Positions 1-10,166 of a stretch of DNA of 64,000 nucleotides are shown here, piece after piece; position 1 is the first letter of the stretch; each line of letters opens with the position of its first letter. A program made the translations under genes and the position numbers. The notes below the pieces were generated by a model that was not told the origin of the DNA, made no database searches, and saw only the letters and a program-made list of their open reading frames with translations. The stretch comes from an uncultured Gemmatimonadales bacterium (GTDB lineage Bacteria; Gemmatimonadota; Gemmatimonadetes; Gemmatimonadales; Gemmatimonadaceae). Where the stretch lies: the NCBI GenBank assembly GCA_963707505.1, contig CAVPQB010000004.1, positions 896,001-960,000 on the forward strand, given 5' to 3'.

Positions 1-390
1 TGTGTCTGACCGCCGGGCACGTTCGTGTGGGCGAGCTCATCGACCAGACGCGACAGCGGGTGCGCGCGCGATCACCGCATCTGCGTCCATTTCTTCGAGT
101 ACGACGCCGCGATACTCGACGCGCCGGCGCGGAATCACCTCGAGGTTGGCAAGTTGCGCTTCGGTCTCGGCGCGTCCGTGTGACTCGACGAAGGCGGCTA
201 CGATGTCGATGCCACGTGAGCGAAGCGCGTTACCCTCCTGCAACATTCGGTAGGTCTTGCCGACGCCGGCGAACGAACCGATGTACACCTTGAGCTTCCC
301 GCGCTCGCGGCTCTCGAGCAGGCGCAGGAAGTCAGCTCGATCCGAGCGCTGCGTCGATGCCCTTCTGTCGCCGTTACTCGGGGCGTTCAT
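1..390 (-). CDS. kdpD: KdpD N-terminal sensory domain protein (runs off window; frameshift near 48)
   Basis: RGKLKVYIGSFAGVGKTYRML Walker-A-like KdpD motif, VESHGRAET and EMDADAV. The conserved LVDELAHTNVPG continues in a shifted frame at positions <50. Confidence 0.88.
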
Positions 391-399
391 TCTGATTCC

Positions 400-1819
400 T
401 CACATCTTTACGAGAAGCGCCAGGTTGAGACGGGTCTCCGTCTTGCGGAGATCGGGCGACCAGCCCTGTACCATCGATCCGGGCGGCGCCCATATTTCCG
501 CCGGGCGGCGTGACGCCGCCGGATCCGGCGAAGTACGGCACGTTTGCCGCGCGGTGGTCGAGCTCGAGTCCGGAACGTCGTGAACTCGTCCGGCATGAAA
601 TCGAGTGTCGCCGATGCGTCCCACGCCTTGAACTTGTCGCCGGGGTTCTCGGTGAAGTAGGGAGTTCCTGAAAATGCAGTTGCACCGTTGATCGGCGGCA
701 TGAGGACGAGATATCGTCCGGGGTTGTTCATGGCACCGCCGCCTAGCGTCACGCCGATCGTGTTACTCGCAAACCAGGTTCTGTTGTAGAACATGAAGCC
801 GAGAAAATTCTGCGCCGGCCCGCCTGCGCCGGATGAAGTGCACTGCACGCCGCCACCGCTCTCGCATCCCGCGTCGACTGTGAACGAGAACGCCGCTCTG
901 TCGAGCTGTCTCGTCGGATGATCGTAGTACTTGACCTGCAGGCTGTTGTCGGTGTGGACACGCATGCGATGAGGGATGCCGAGCCAGTCGTGACCGTAAT
1001 AGCTGTTGGAGAGAACCGAGACGGCACCATTCGGGCGCCACAGCACCTGAAGACCGGCGCCGGGCGTCCCGTTGAACATTCCGTATGACTGCCAGCCGTT
1101 GACGAGCCACGGCTCGATCTTGAGCTTGTCGTTGACGAATATCTGTAGCCGCACGCCGTTGAAGAACCATGGCGTGTTGGACGACACGTAGGACGGCTGG
1201 TACGCCCAGTTATCGTAGTTGTAGTAGCTGAACAGCCCCACGTACGACATGAAGATGCCGGCGTCGAGGTTGACGCCGCTCAGCTTGTTCCAGTGATATC
1301 CGCCGTACGCCTCGGACAGGTAGCGATATGCGTTGGCAAGATCCCACTGGCCGCGTGCAGGGGCTGGCGTCGTTGCGCGGGGTCATCGTGGAATACATTC
1401 CGAACTGCGTCATCAGCCGGCCGCGCGCGTGGCCGCAGTGAAAATCGCCGCCCACGCCGAGCTGCTGCACCTGGAATTCACCCGTGCGGCCGCTCTCCGA
1501 CGTGCCGACGAGCGTGTGATCCTTCGGCTTGTTGAAGTCGCCGATGTAGCTGACGTCGGCGCGGAACTCGCCGGTGAATGCCTTTGTATCGAGCACCGAT
1601 ACGTGCTGTCGACTGTTGCCGTTCAGCCAGGTGAAGTCGGCGAACGCAAACGGCGCAGGCGCGCTGTCAGTGCCGCAGATTGACGTCTCTGTGGCGGTCG
1701 CAGCTGTCCTTGCTTTGAGGATGAATCGGGCAGTTGCGCCGCAACGCTCGCGGGTTCGGCGATGGCGAGGATCAGCACGAACATGGTTGCTTTCACGGGC
1801 GACGGTTCGAGTTGGTCAT
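400..1819 (-). CDS. Outer-membrane beta-barrel porin-like protein of the kdp operon (several frameshifts)
   Basis: Pieces lie in ORFs 1623-1862 (signal peptide), 1210-1596, 408-1250, 374-685 and 400-624 (C-terminus ...RLNLALLVKM). They show aromatic/Gly-rich alternating beta-strands. ATG at 1819 overlaps the kdpC stop (ATGA). Confidence 0.7.
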
Positions 1820-2415
1820 CTTGTGGCCCTGGTGGCAAGAGCGAGTGCTGAATCGAGCGCAAGATTCAGCGAGAGAACGTTTACACGTGGCTCGCCGAAC
1901 AAGCCAAACTGGCGTCCCTGGATGTGTCGGGCGACGATGTCGGCGACTGTCAAGGAATCGACGTTGCGGGCACGCGCGACGCGCGCGATCTGAAGCATCG
2001 CGCTCGCCGGCGAGATGTCAGGATCCAGGCCTGAACCGGATGACGTCACCAGGTCGGCAGGGATTCCACCACGGTGCGCGCCGTCATTTGCAATAATCGA
2101 GTCCACGGCGTTGGCGATGAGCGTATCGGCGAGCTTCCGGTCTGTCGGACCCTTGTTGGTACCACCGCTGGCGAGCGGATCATAGCCGGCCCCCGCTGCT
2201 GATGGACGTGGATGGAAATATTTCGAACCGGAGAAGCGCTGGCCGATGAGCCTGCTTCCGACGATCCGACCGTTTTCGATTATGAGTGAGCCGTTGGCCT
2301 GGTCCGGAAACAGAAGCTGTGCAATTCCGGTCACGAGCATCGGGTATGCGAGGCCGGTGAGAATCATGAGAACGGCCGTCACCGATATGGCGGTCCAAAT
2401 CTGGCGGCGTATCAT
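1816..2415 (-). CDS. kdpC: K+-transporting ATPase subunit C
   Basis: [38 protein letters not shown] and GEPRVNVL motifs. Confidence 0.97.
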   Translation of the reverse strand: MIRRQIWTAISVTAVLMILTGLAYPMLVTGIAQLLFPDQANGSLIIENGRIVGSRLIGQRFSGSKYFHPRPSAAGAGYDPLASGGTNKGPTDRKLADTLIANAVDSIIANDGAHRGGIPADLVTSSGSGLDPDISPASAMLQIARVARARNVDSLTVADIVARHIQGRQFGLFGEPRVNVLSLNLALDSALALATRATR

Positions 2416-4463
2416 GATACGGCTCCAGTAAAGGTGAGGACTACGTCGATGATCTTGATTCCGATGAAAGGCACGATGATGCCTCCTACTCCGTAGATCA
2501 GAATATTACGCCGCAGTATCTGCGCGGCTGACGACGGACGATACTTCACTCCGCGCAACGCGAGAGGTATCAGCGCTACGATTATCAATGCATTGAAGAT
2601 CACCGCGCTCAGGATCGCGGACTGTGACGAGTGCAGACGCATCACGTTGAGCGCGCCGAGCACCGGGAATGCTGTCAGAAAGATTGCCGGGATGATGGCG
2701 AAGTATTTGGCGACGTCGTTCGCAATGGAGAAGGTCGTGAGCGAGCCACGCGTCATCAGCAGTTGCTTACCTATCTCGACTATCTCGATCAGCTTGGTTG
2801 GGTTGGAGTCGAGATCGATCATGTTACCGGCCTCGCGTGCCGCCTGGGTACCGGTATTCATCGCGACACCGACATCGGCCTGCGCCAGAGCTGGTGCGTC
2901 GTTGGTTCCGTCACCCGTCATGGCGACGAGTCGTCCGCCGTTCTGCTCCCGCCTGATGAGCTCGAGCTTGTCCTCGGGCTTTGCCTCGGCGAGAAAGTCG
3001 TCCACACCCGCCTCGCGCGCGATAGCCGCTGCGGTGAGTGGATTGTCGCCGGTGATCATCACCGTTCGGATTCCCATCGCGCGCAGGCGGTCGAAGCGCT
3101 CCTTCATTCCGCCCTTGACGATGTCCTTGAGATATATGGCGCCAAGCACGCGCGGCGGAGCACCGTTGCGCTCCGTCACGACGAGCGGTGTGCCGCCTTC
3201 GCGTGCGATACGTTCGACGATGTCACCGATGTCGCGTGGCATCACGCCTCCAGCGAGCGTCACGTATCGCGCGACCGCATCCGATGCGCCCTTGCGCAGC
3301 TCGCCGTCCGCCAAATCGACGCCGCTCATGCGCGTGGTGGCGGAGAAGGGAACGAAACTCATGTGTTGCTGGGCTCCGACCTCGCGGCCGCGAAGCCCAA
3401 AGCGCTCCTTCGCAAGTACAACTATGCTGCGTCCCTCCGGTGTCTCGTCCGGAAGGGACGCCAGCTGTGCGCGATCGGCCAGGTATTCGAGCGCGACATC
3501 AGATACCGGATAGAGCTCGACCGCCTGTCGATTTCCCAGGGTAATGGTCCCCGTCTTGTCCAGAAGAAGGGTGTCGACGTCTCCCGCCGCTTCGACCGAC
3601 CGGCCACTCATCGCGATCACATTGTGCTGGACCAGCCGATCCATCCCCGCAATACCAATCGATGAGAGCAGGCCGCCGATGGTGGTAGGGATGAGGCATA
3701 CCAGGAGAGCGACAAGCACCGGAACACTTACGGATACGCCGCTGTAGGTCGCAAACGGTGCCAGCGTTACGACTGCCATCAGAAATACGATCGTCAGCCC
3801 GGAAAGCAGCATCGTGAGTGCGATTTCATTGGGCGTCTTCTGTCGCGATGCACCCTCGACGAGCGCGATCATCCTGTCCATGAACGTCTCGCCGGGATTT
3901 GCGGTGATGCGAATCACCAGGTAGTCGGAGAGCACACGCGTGCCACCGGTGACGGCCGATCTGTCGCCGCCGGATTCGCGGATCACTGGTGCAGACTCAC
4001 CAGTGATGGCCGACTCGTCGACCGATGCGACTCCATCGATCACTTCGCCATCGCCGGGAATTACATCGCCAGGCAGACAGAGCACCGCATCGCCCCTGCG
4101 CAGCGCTTCAGCAGAAACCAGATCGATATCGTCACGATTCGCCGGATCCCGGAGTCGTTTCGCCTGCGTTTCATGGCGCGAGCGACGCAACGAGTCGGCT
4201 TGCGCCTTGCCGCGTCCTTCGGCCATGGCTTCGGCGAAGTTTGCGAACAGCACAGTGAACCAGAGCCATACGGCCAGCTGCGCATTGAACCCCACATTCG
4301 CGGGATCGCGCGCAATGGCAATTGTGGCCAGTACGCTGCCGACGAACACGACGAACATCACCGGATTGCGGACCATGTGGCGCGGATGCAGTTTGCGAAA
4401 TGCATCGACAATGGCTGCGCGCGCGATGACAGGGTCGAGCAGTGTTCGTTTGGTCGCGGCCAT
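2412..4463 (-). CDS. kdpB: K+-transporting P-type ATPase subunit B
   Basis: DKTGTIT phosphorylation motif, TGES and [16 protein letters not shown]. The real start is ATG 4463 (MAATKRT); the upstream ORF extension is the kdpA C-terminus. Confidence 0.97.
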   Translation of the reverse strand: MAATKRTLLDPVIARAAIVDAFRKLHPRHMVRNPVMFVVFVGSVLATIAIARDPANVGFNAQLAVWLWFTVLFANFAEAMAEGRGKAQADSLRRSRHETQAKRLRDPANRDDIDLVSAEALRRGDAVLCLPGDVIPGDGEVIDGVASVDESAITGESAPVIRESGGDRSAVTGGTRVLSDYLVIRITANPGETFMDRMIALVEGASRQKTPNEIALTMLLSGLTIVFLMAVVTLAPFATYSGVSVSVPVLVALLVCLIPTTIGGLLSSIGIAGMDRLVQHNVIAMSGRSVEAAGDVDTLLLDKTGTITLGNRQAVELYPVSDVALEYLADRAQLASLPDETPEGRSIVVLAKERFGLRGREVGAQQHMSFVPFSATTRMSGVDLADGELRKGASDAVARYVTLAGGVMPRDIGDIVERIAREGGTPLVVTERNGAPPRVLGAIYLKDIVKGGMKERFDRLRAMGIRTVMITGDNPLTAAAIAREAGVDDFLAEAKPEDKLELIRREQNGGRLVAMTGDGTNDAPALAQADVGVAMNTGTQAAREAGNMIDLDSNPTKLIEIVEIGKQLLMTRGSLTTFSIANDVAKYFAIIPAIFLTAFPVLGALNVMRLHSSQSAILSAVIFNALIIVALIPLALRGVKYRPSSAAQILRRNILIYGVGGIIVPFIGIKIIDVVLTFTGAVS

Positions 4464-6194
4464 TAGAAGAGCTCTCCCGGCGTGCATCAGGAAGTGCTCG
4501 ACGATCGGCCCGAGCGACAATACGGGGAAGAACGTGAGCGCGCCGACGATCAGGATCACGCCGATCAGCAGCATCACAAAGAGCGGCGTGTCCACGGGAA
4601 AGCTGCCGGCCGATTCGGCGCGCGATCTTGCGCTCTGACAGGAAACCCGCGAGCGCCAGTACTGGCACGATCAGCGACGAATCGCCCGACCAGCATCGCG
4701 ATCGCCAAGCGTCGTATTGTAGAAGTAGGTCGAGCCGGTCAGTCCGGCGAACGCACTTCCGTTGTTGGCGAACGTCGAGGTGAATGCGTACAGTATTTCA
4801 CTGAGGCCGTGTGGCCCAATGTTGTTGCGTCCCGCGAGACCGGCCGGAAGCACTGCGGCGATGCCGGTCATTCCGAGCACGACGATCGGCGCCGCGAGCA
4901 CGTACAGCATCACCATGCGCACTTCGCGGCTCTGGATCTTCTTCCCGAGATATTCCGGCGTGCGGCCAACCATCAGGCCGGCGATGAACACAGTCAGGAT
5001 CACCATGCTGAGCATGCCGTACAGACCCGCGCCGACGCCGCCGAAGATGAGCTCACCGAGCTGCATGTTGACGATGGGTACCAATCCGCCGATCGGTGTG
5101 AACGAGTCGTGCATCGCGTTGACGGCGCCGCACGATGCGTCGGTCGTAACCGTCGCGTACAGCGCGGACGCTGCGATGCCGAATCGTACTTCCTTGCCTT
5201 CCATGTTGCCGCCGGACTGAGCCATCCGGCCGGATGCTGCGTGCACGTCGATGCCTTCCGCAGCATGTATCGGATTGCCAGCCGCTTCGAACTTGTAGGT
5301 AACTGCTGTCCCGCCGATGAACATGATGAACATCGCGGCCCAGAGCGCCCATCCATGCTTCTGGTGCTTCACCGCGCGACCGAACCAGTAGGTCAGCGCC
5401 CGCTGGCACGATGAAGATCGCGACCATCTGACAGGAAGTTCGTCCACGGCGTCGGGTTCTCGAATGGGTGCGCCGCGTTGGCGTTGAAGAAGCCGCCGCC
5501 GTTGGTGCCGAGCTGCTTGATTGCTTCCTGACTCGCGACGGGTCCCATTGCCAGCACCTGCTTGGCCCCCTCGATGGTTCCGACAGTCAGATAGGGCTTG
5601 AGATTCTGTAGTACGCCCTGCTGCACGAACAGGAGCGCCAGGACGATGGCGCCGGGAATGAAGATGTAGATCACGCCACGAACCAGATCGGTCCAGAAGT
5701 TCCCGAGATGACCCGCGGACCGACTGGCGATGCCGCGCACGAGCGCCGCGGCGACGCACATTCCCACCGCTGCCGATGCAAAATTGTGAAACGCGAGCTG
5801 CATCATCTGCGACAGGTACGACATCGTCGATCTCACCGGCGTACGATTGCCAGTTCGTATTGGTGGTGAACGATGCGGCCGTCTCGAATGCCTGCCGGTC
5901 CACGACGCCTGGCAAATGTTGCGGATTGAGGGGAAGATGCCCCTGCGCCCGCAATGCGACGTAAGTCACCAGCATCGACACTGCGCTGAACAGCATCATT
6001 GCAATGAGATAGTCCAGCCAGTGCTGATTCTCACTCGGATCGATCCCGCAGACACGGTAGATCACCCGCTCGGCGCGTCCGAGATAGTGCAGTGATCCGT
6101 CGTACACGCGCGTGATATAGATGCCCACCGGCTTCGTGACGAGGAGCACCACGACGCAGAATGCGAGTATCTGAGCCCACCCGTTCCACGTCAT
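4463..6194 (-). CDS. kdpA: K+-transporting ATPase subunit A (multiple frameshifts)
   Basis: [67 protein letters not shown] and LSLGPIVEH are spread over several frames. Confidence 0.93.
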
Positions 6195-6283
6195 CAGAAC
6201 CTGTCCGGACGAAGCAGCGTATAGAACAGGTAGCACACGAGCACGACGCTTACGATCGCGGCTACCATCGAATCGGCGGTCAC
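6194..6283 (-). CDS. kdpF: K+-transporting ATPase subunit F (29 aa)
   Basis: GTG start after GGAGG; (M)TADSMVAAIVSVVLVCYLFYTLLRPDRF has the typical YL..LLRP.RF end; its stop overlaps the kdpA ATG. Confidence 0.9.
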   Translation of the reverse strand: MTADSMVAAIVSVVLVCYLFYTLLRPDRF

Positions 6284-6396
6284 GGATCCCTCCGGTCCGC
6301 AACGGCGTCGCGCCCCAGCGCTCGGCAGCCATAGCCGTATGCGATCATCAAGGCGAAAAAAACCAACGTCGCCGCTACATAGATTGCGTCTGTCAT
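6280..6396 (-). CDS. 38-aa hydrophobic peptide preceding kdpF
   Basis: Translated by hand: MTDAIYVAATLVFFALMIAYGYGCRALGRDAVADRRDP*, one TM-like stretch; its TGA overlaps the kdpF GTG (GTGA). Confidence 0.7.
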   Translation of the reverse strand: MTDAIYVAATLVFFALMIAYGYGCRALGRDAVADRRDP

Positions 6397-6511
6397 GATG
6401 GTGCTTGCCCACCTCTACTCGCTCGCCGTTCAATCCGGGACGGCTCGGACAACTTCACATCGGGACGTTACGCGAGACGCCGTGCAGGGCGCACAATGAG
6501 GCGGGACGGCG

Positions 6512-6530
6512 GTACAAAGATTGTACAAAG
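6512..6530. promoter_or_regulatory. Candidate KdpE-binding direct repeat
   Basis: GTACAAAG-att-GTACAAAG with an 11-bp period, between the divergent kdpF and kdpE; the minus strand reads TTTGTA-N5-TTTGTA, like OmpR-family tandem boxes. Confidence 0.6.
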
Positions 6531-6609
6531 CCGCCGCACGACATGGATCGCGCGTCCGCGGTCGGACCCAGCGGTAGCGTTGGGGCGGCAATACTGTAGA
6601 CTTCATGTC

Positions 6610-7299
6610 GTGCCGCGCTCCGCCGTGATCATCGAGGATGACCCGCCCATTCGACGCGTGCTGCGCCACGCGCTCGAGTCCGACTTCGACCGGGTACTCG
6701 AAGCAGGCGCCGCGGCCGCAGGCATCGATCTCGTCGCGTCGGAGCAGCCTGCGCTGGTGGTGCTCGACCTCGGCCTTCCGGATGCAGAAGGGGTCGACGT
6801 GTGCCGAGAGCTGCGCGCGTGGTGTGTCGCACCGATCCTGATTCTGTCGGCGCGCCATTCCGAATCGGAGAAGGTAAAGCTGCTCGACGCGGGCGCCGAC
6901 GACTACATCACCAAGCCTTTCAGCACGGTGGAGCTTCAGGCCCGCGTGCGCGCGCTGCTACGGCGGGCAAGCGTCGGCAACGCGCCGTCGCTGCGTATCG
7001 AGTTTGGGCCCTACGTCATGGATCTCGCCGGCAGAACTCTCCGGCGCGATGGCGAGATAGTCCACCTTACTCCCATCGAATGGGAATTATTGCGGACGCT
7101 CGCTGTAAATGCGGGACGCACTCTCACTCATACTCAACTCTTCGGGGCGGTCTGGGCGGGACGACGGTATGGTGACGCGCAGCAATACCTGCGCACGCAT
7201 ATCGCCAACCTGCGACGCAAGATTGAAGAGGATGTGCTGGACCCGCATTATGTAGTCACCGAGCCAGGAATCGGATACCGCTTTGCCGGTGCGTCATGA
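6610..7299 (+). CDS. kdpE: OmpR-family response regulator KdpE
   Basis: IIEDD, LDLGLPD, LDAGADDYITKPF, HLTPIEWELL, LRRKIE..P.YVVTEPGIGYRF; lies next to the kdp operon; probable GTG start at 6610. Confidence 0.9.
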   Translation: MPRSAVIIEDDPPIRRVLRHALESDFDRVLEAGAAAAGIDLVASEQPALVVLDLGLPDAEGVDVCRELRAWCVAPILILSARHSESEKVKLLDAGADDYITKPFSTVELQARVRALLRRASVGNAPSLRIEFGPYVMDLAGRTLRRDGEIVHLTPIEWELLRTLAVNAGRTLTHTQLFGAVWAGRRYGDAQQYLRTHIANLRRKIEEDVLDPHYVVTEPGIGYRFAGAS

Positions 7300-7354
7300 T
7301 GGAACGTCATGATGGGAACGTCATGATGGGAACGTCATGATGGGAATGTCATGA
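7293..7354 (+). repeat. Tandem repeat, unit GTCATGATGGGAAC (about 4.5 copies)
   Basis: Units at 7293 (13 bp), 7306, 7320, 7334 and a partial unit at 7348; spans from the kdpE stop to the kinase start. Confidence 0.95.
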
Positions 7355-8376
7355 ATCGTCGCGCCATGATTATGTGGACAGTGTGGACGCTTTCTCTGCT
7401 TGCGGTCACACTGCTTCTGCTCACGTTCCGCTCGCATCTGGACAAGGCCCATGTCATCCTCGTCTTTCTCCTCGTGATACTCGGCGCAAGCGCTGCGGGA
7501 GGACGAGCGCTCGGCGTGGTATTGTCGCTTGTCGCGTTTGTAATCTTCGATCTCGTGTTCCTGCCCCCGTACGGCACACTGGTCGTTCGGAATCCGCTCG
7601 ACTGGCTCGCGCTCGTGGCGTTTCTTGTAACCAGCCTCGTAGCCGCGCAGCTCCTGTACATGGCTCGAGCGCAGCGCGCGGCGGTCGAGCGAGAGGTTGC
7701 AGCGCGCGAGGGAGAGCGACTCAAGGACGCGTTGCTTGCCGCGGTCTCACACGATCTGCGGACGCCTCTCACATCGATCAAGGGTCTCGCGCACGAGCTG
7801 TCGCAGGATGGGGACGAGCGTGCGGCGATAATCGAGGAGGAAGCTGACCGGTTGAATCGCCTGGTTACCGACCTGCTCGATGCCGCCCGAATGAGTGCTG
7901 GCAATTTTCCGGTTGCTCCCCAGCCGAATGCGCTCGACGATCTACTTGGCGTCGTAGTGCGTCAGTTCGCCGGCCGGGCAGACAGGAATCGCCTTGACGT
8001 CTCGCTGGATCGTCCTGATGAGCTCGTCATTGGAATGTTCGACTTCGTGCAGACGCTGCGAATCGTGACGAACCTCGTCGAGAACGCTCTCAAATACTCA
8101 CCAGTGGATGCGCACGTCCAGCTTTCTGGAGGCGCGGAGGGCGGGCAAATGGTGGTCCGCATTTCCGACCGCGGGCCGGGCATCGCTGAACATGGAGAAT
8201 CACGCGCTCTCGACACAGCCTACGGAGACACGCGGAGCGTTTCTGCCGGACTGGGACTTTCAATAGCGCGCGGTCTTGCCGCGGCGCAGCGCGGTAGCGT
8301 GGAGTACGAGTATCGCGCAGGCGGCGGAAGTGTGTTCACTCTCATCCTGCCGCTCGCACAGCAGATCGCCTTGTAA
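7351..8376 (+). CDS. KdpD-like sensor histidine kinase (DUF4118 TM domain, HisKA, HATPase)
   Basis: Four TM segments with FLPPYGTL; SHDLRTPLTSI, NLVENALKYS, DRGPGI and GLGLSIA. Confidence 0.88.
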   Translation: MNRRAMIMWTVWTLSLLAVTLLLLTFRSHLDKAHVILVFLLVILGASAAGGRALGVVLSLVAFVIFDLVFLPPYGTLVVRNPLDWLALVAFLVTSLVAAQLLYMARAQRAAVEREVAAREGERLKDALLAAVSHDLRTPLTSIKGLAHELSQDGDERAAIIEEEADRLNRLVTDLLDAARMSAGNFPVAPQPNALDDLLGVVVRQFAGRADRNRLDVSLDRPDELVIGMFDFVQTLRIVTNLVENALKYSPVDAHVQLSGGAEGGQMVVRISDRGPGIAEHGESRALDTAYGDTRSVSAGLGLSIARGLAAAQRGSVEYEYRAGGGSVFTLILPLAQQIAL

Positions 8377-8387
8377 CCACCGTGTAG

Positions 8388-9968
8388 CTACGGCGACGGA
8401 TGATTCTCGCGACCGCCATCGCCATGCATTATCCCGTTTCGCACTGTTACTGCTTTCGCGGAGGCATTCGGCGTCTCCGTCACTCTCACCCGTCCTTTCG
8501 CGCCGTCACGCACTGCGCGCAGACCTGCTAGCGCAAGCACGGCGTCGACCGGCATGGGTTCGCGTCCGTCGATGTAGCGCCGCCTGAAATCATCGAATGA
8601 CTTGCCGCCGCTCGCGCGACTGACTTCCGACCACCAATCGGAGCTCGTGAAGCCCTTTCCCTGCTTGTATGTGTTGTTGTACAAGTTGCGCATTACGGTA
8701 TCGAGCGAGTTCCTGTTGCTGCTCGCGTCGCGGATCATGATGTCGAGGAGAAACCCAGCCAGGCCGCCCTTTGGATAATAGATTCCGTCCATGCTGTTGG
8801 TCGGATTCACCCACACAGATAGCGATGCGTCGCTGAGCGACACCGCGCCCGCGTGATCGGTAGCCATGATTTCGTTGGCAATCGCGTTGTAGAATCCCGT
8901 GCTGTCCGTAATCCCGCCGCGCACCAGTGCCACATTGGCGTAGTAATCGGTTATTCCTTCGCTCACCCAGAGCCACGTGGTCGGCTGGGCGTCGCCGTAG
9001 CTGTACGGGACCATATCCGCCGGCCGGAGGCGCTTCACATTCCACGAGTGGAAGAATTCGTGCGAAAACAGGCTCGCCGGAGTCTCTTCGAGACGCGCAA
9101 GCGGTATCTCATCCATCTGGGAGTTCTGGTGCTCCAGTCCGCCAGCGTTGACGACGGTATCCGCTACGAAGAAGATCGTGTAGTTCCTGAACTCGACATC
9201 CCGGAACACAGCCATCTCGGCCGGAACGAACCTGTCCACCCATCCGAGAAAACGTTCGCGCCGCGCGGGCGTCATCACCGTATCGGGGTACATCGCCAGC
9301 CTTATCCAGTGATTCTGAACGTTGGTGCTGTCGATGGCGAAGCGACCCACGAAGAACGGCATGTCGACCAGGTCGTGATACCGTGTGGCGGAAAAGGTGT
9401 TGGGTTGGGTCGACGGTGTCATCCCGGTTGCGACACGCCACGACGGCTCGGTGTGAACGGTTACGCTCGCCCCCCATTCGAGGCTACGACCTGCTGGATA
9501 CATGAACAGGTTGGTCCCGTTGAAGAACGAAAAATTCGGTTTCGTCCACGCAACCGCACGATCGATCGTGTCGGCCAGATATTTGAATGATACCCGAATC
9601 GCACCCGGCGCCCTGGGGATGATCTCCCACGTCTGGTAGTCGACCATGTGCCACTCCAGTGCGGAGCCGTTCGACTCCGCGTTGAAGTTCGAGACTCGGC
9701 GCGCGAACCAGAGCAACGTGTAGTGACCCGGCGACCACGCTGGAAGCGCGAGCACCACGGGCTTCGTACTGCTGGCGCGGAACGTCATGGCGACGCCGAG
9801 CTCGTGGCTTCCAACGGATGCCGAGTCAGCGGTTACGTCGTAGTGGACGGCCGAGATCGGCGCCGAAACCAGTCTGGTCTGTGACTGGAGCGTCGTCGCA
9901 GGAACTGCGGCAAGTGTGCAGGCAGTGGCGATACCGAGGCCACGCCAGTTGGCACGAAGCAGGGACAC
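8388..9968 (-). CDS. Secreted M61-family (glycyl aminopeptidase-like) metallopeptidase
   Basis: LPAWSPGHY, GGLEH, HEFFHSWNVKRLRP, LWVSEGITDYY and YYPKG; signal peptide; GGAGG before GTG 9968 (the ORF-track extension to 10373 is unlikely). Confidence 0.9.
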   Translation of the reverse strand: MSLLRANWRGLGIATACTLAAVPATTLQSQTRLVSAPISAVHYDVTADSASVGSHELGVAMTFRASSTKPVVLALPAWSPGHYTLLWFARRVSNFNAESNGSALEWHMVDYQTWEIIPRAPGAIRVSFKYLADTIDRAVAWTKPNFSFFNGTNLFMYPAGRSLEWGASVTVHTEPSWRVATGMTPSTQPNTFSATRYHDLVDMPFFVGRFAIDSTNVQNHWIRLAMYPDTVMTPARRERFLGWVDRFVPAEMAVFRDVEFRNYTIFFVADTVVNAGGLEHQNSQMDEIPLARLEETPASLFSHEFFHSWNVKRLRPADMVPYSYGDAQPTTWLWVSEGITDYYANVALVRGGITDSTGFYNAIANEIMATDHAGAVSLSDASLSVWVNPTNSMDGIYYPKGGLAGFLLDIMIRDASSNRNSLDTVMRNLYNNTYKQGKGFTSSDWWSEVSRASGGKSFDDFRRRYIDGREPMPVDAVLALAGLRAVRDGAKGRVRVTETPNASAKAVTVRNGIMHGDGGRENHPSP

Positions 9969-10166
9969 ATATCCTCCGTAACGAAAACGATGTTGCGCCG
10001 TCGGTAGCGGGCGCCCGAATAATATGTCCCCAACGCGTGTCCTCCGCAGGAGCGTCGAGCAATCGCGCAACCGCCGGCCGCAGGGCGCGTAAACTGCTGT
10101 TAATAACGCGCACCAATGCGAGCCTGAACAGCTCACATTGGCAAGTCTTGCCCAAAGGAGTGCATC

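Noticed and set aside
2412..4595. Apparent KdpA-tail/KdpB fusion (727-aa ORF)
   Set aside because: The extension is the KdpA C-terminus brought into frame by an indel near 4470; a TAATG stop/start junction sits at 4461-4465.
7293..7354. CRISPR-like array
   Set aside because: The units are contiguous 14-mers with no spacers, and no cas genes are present.
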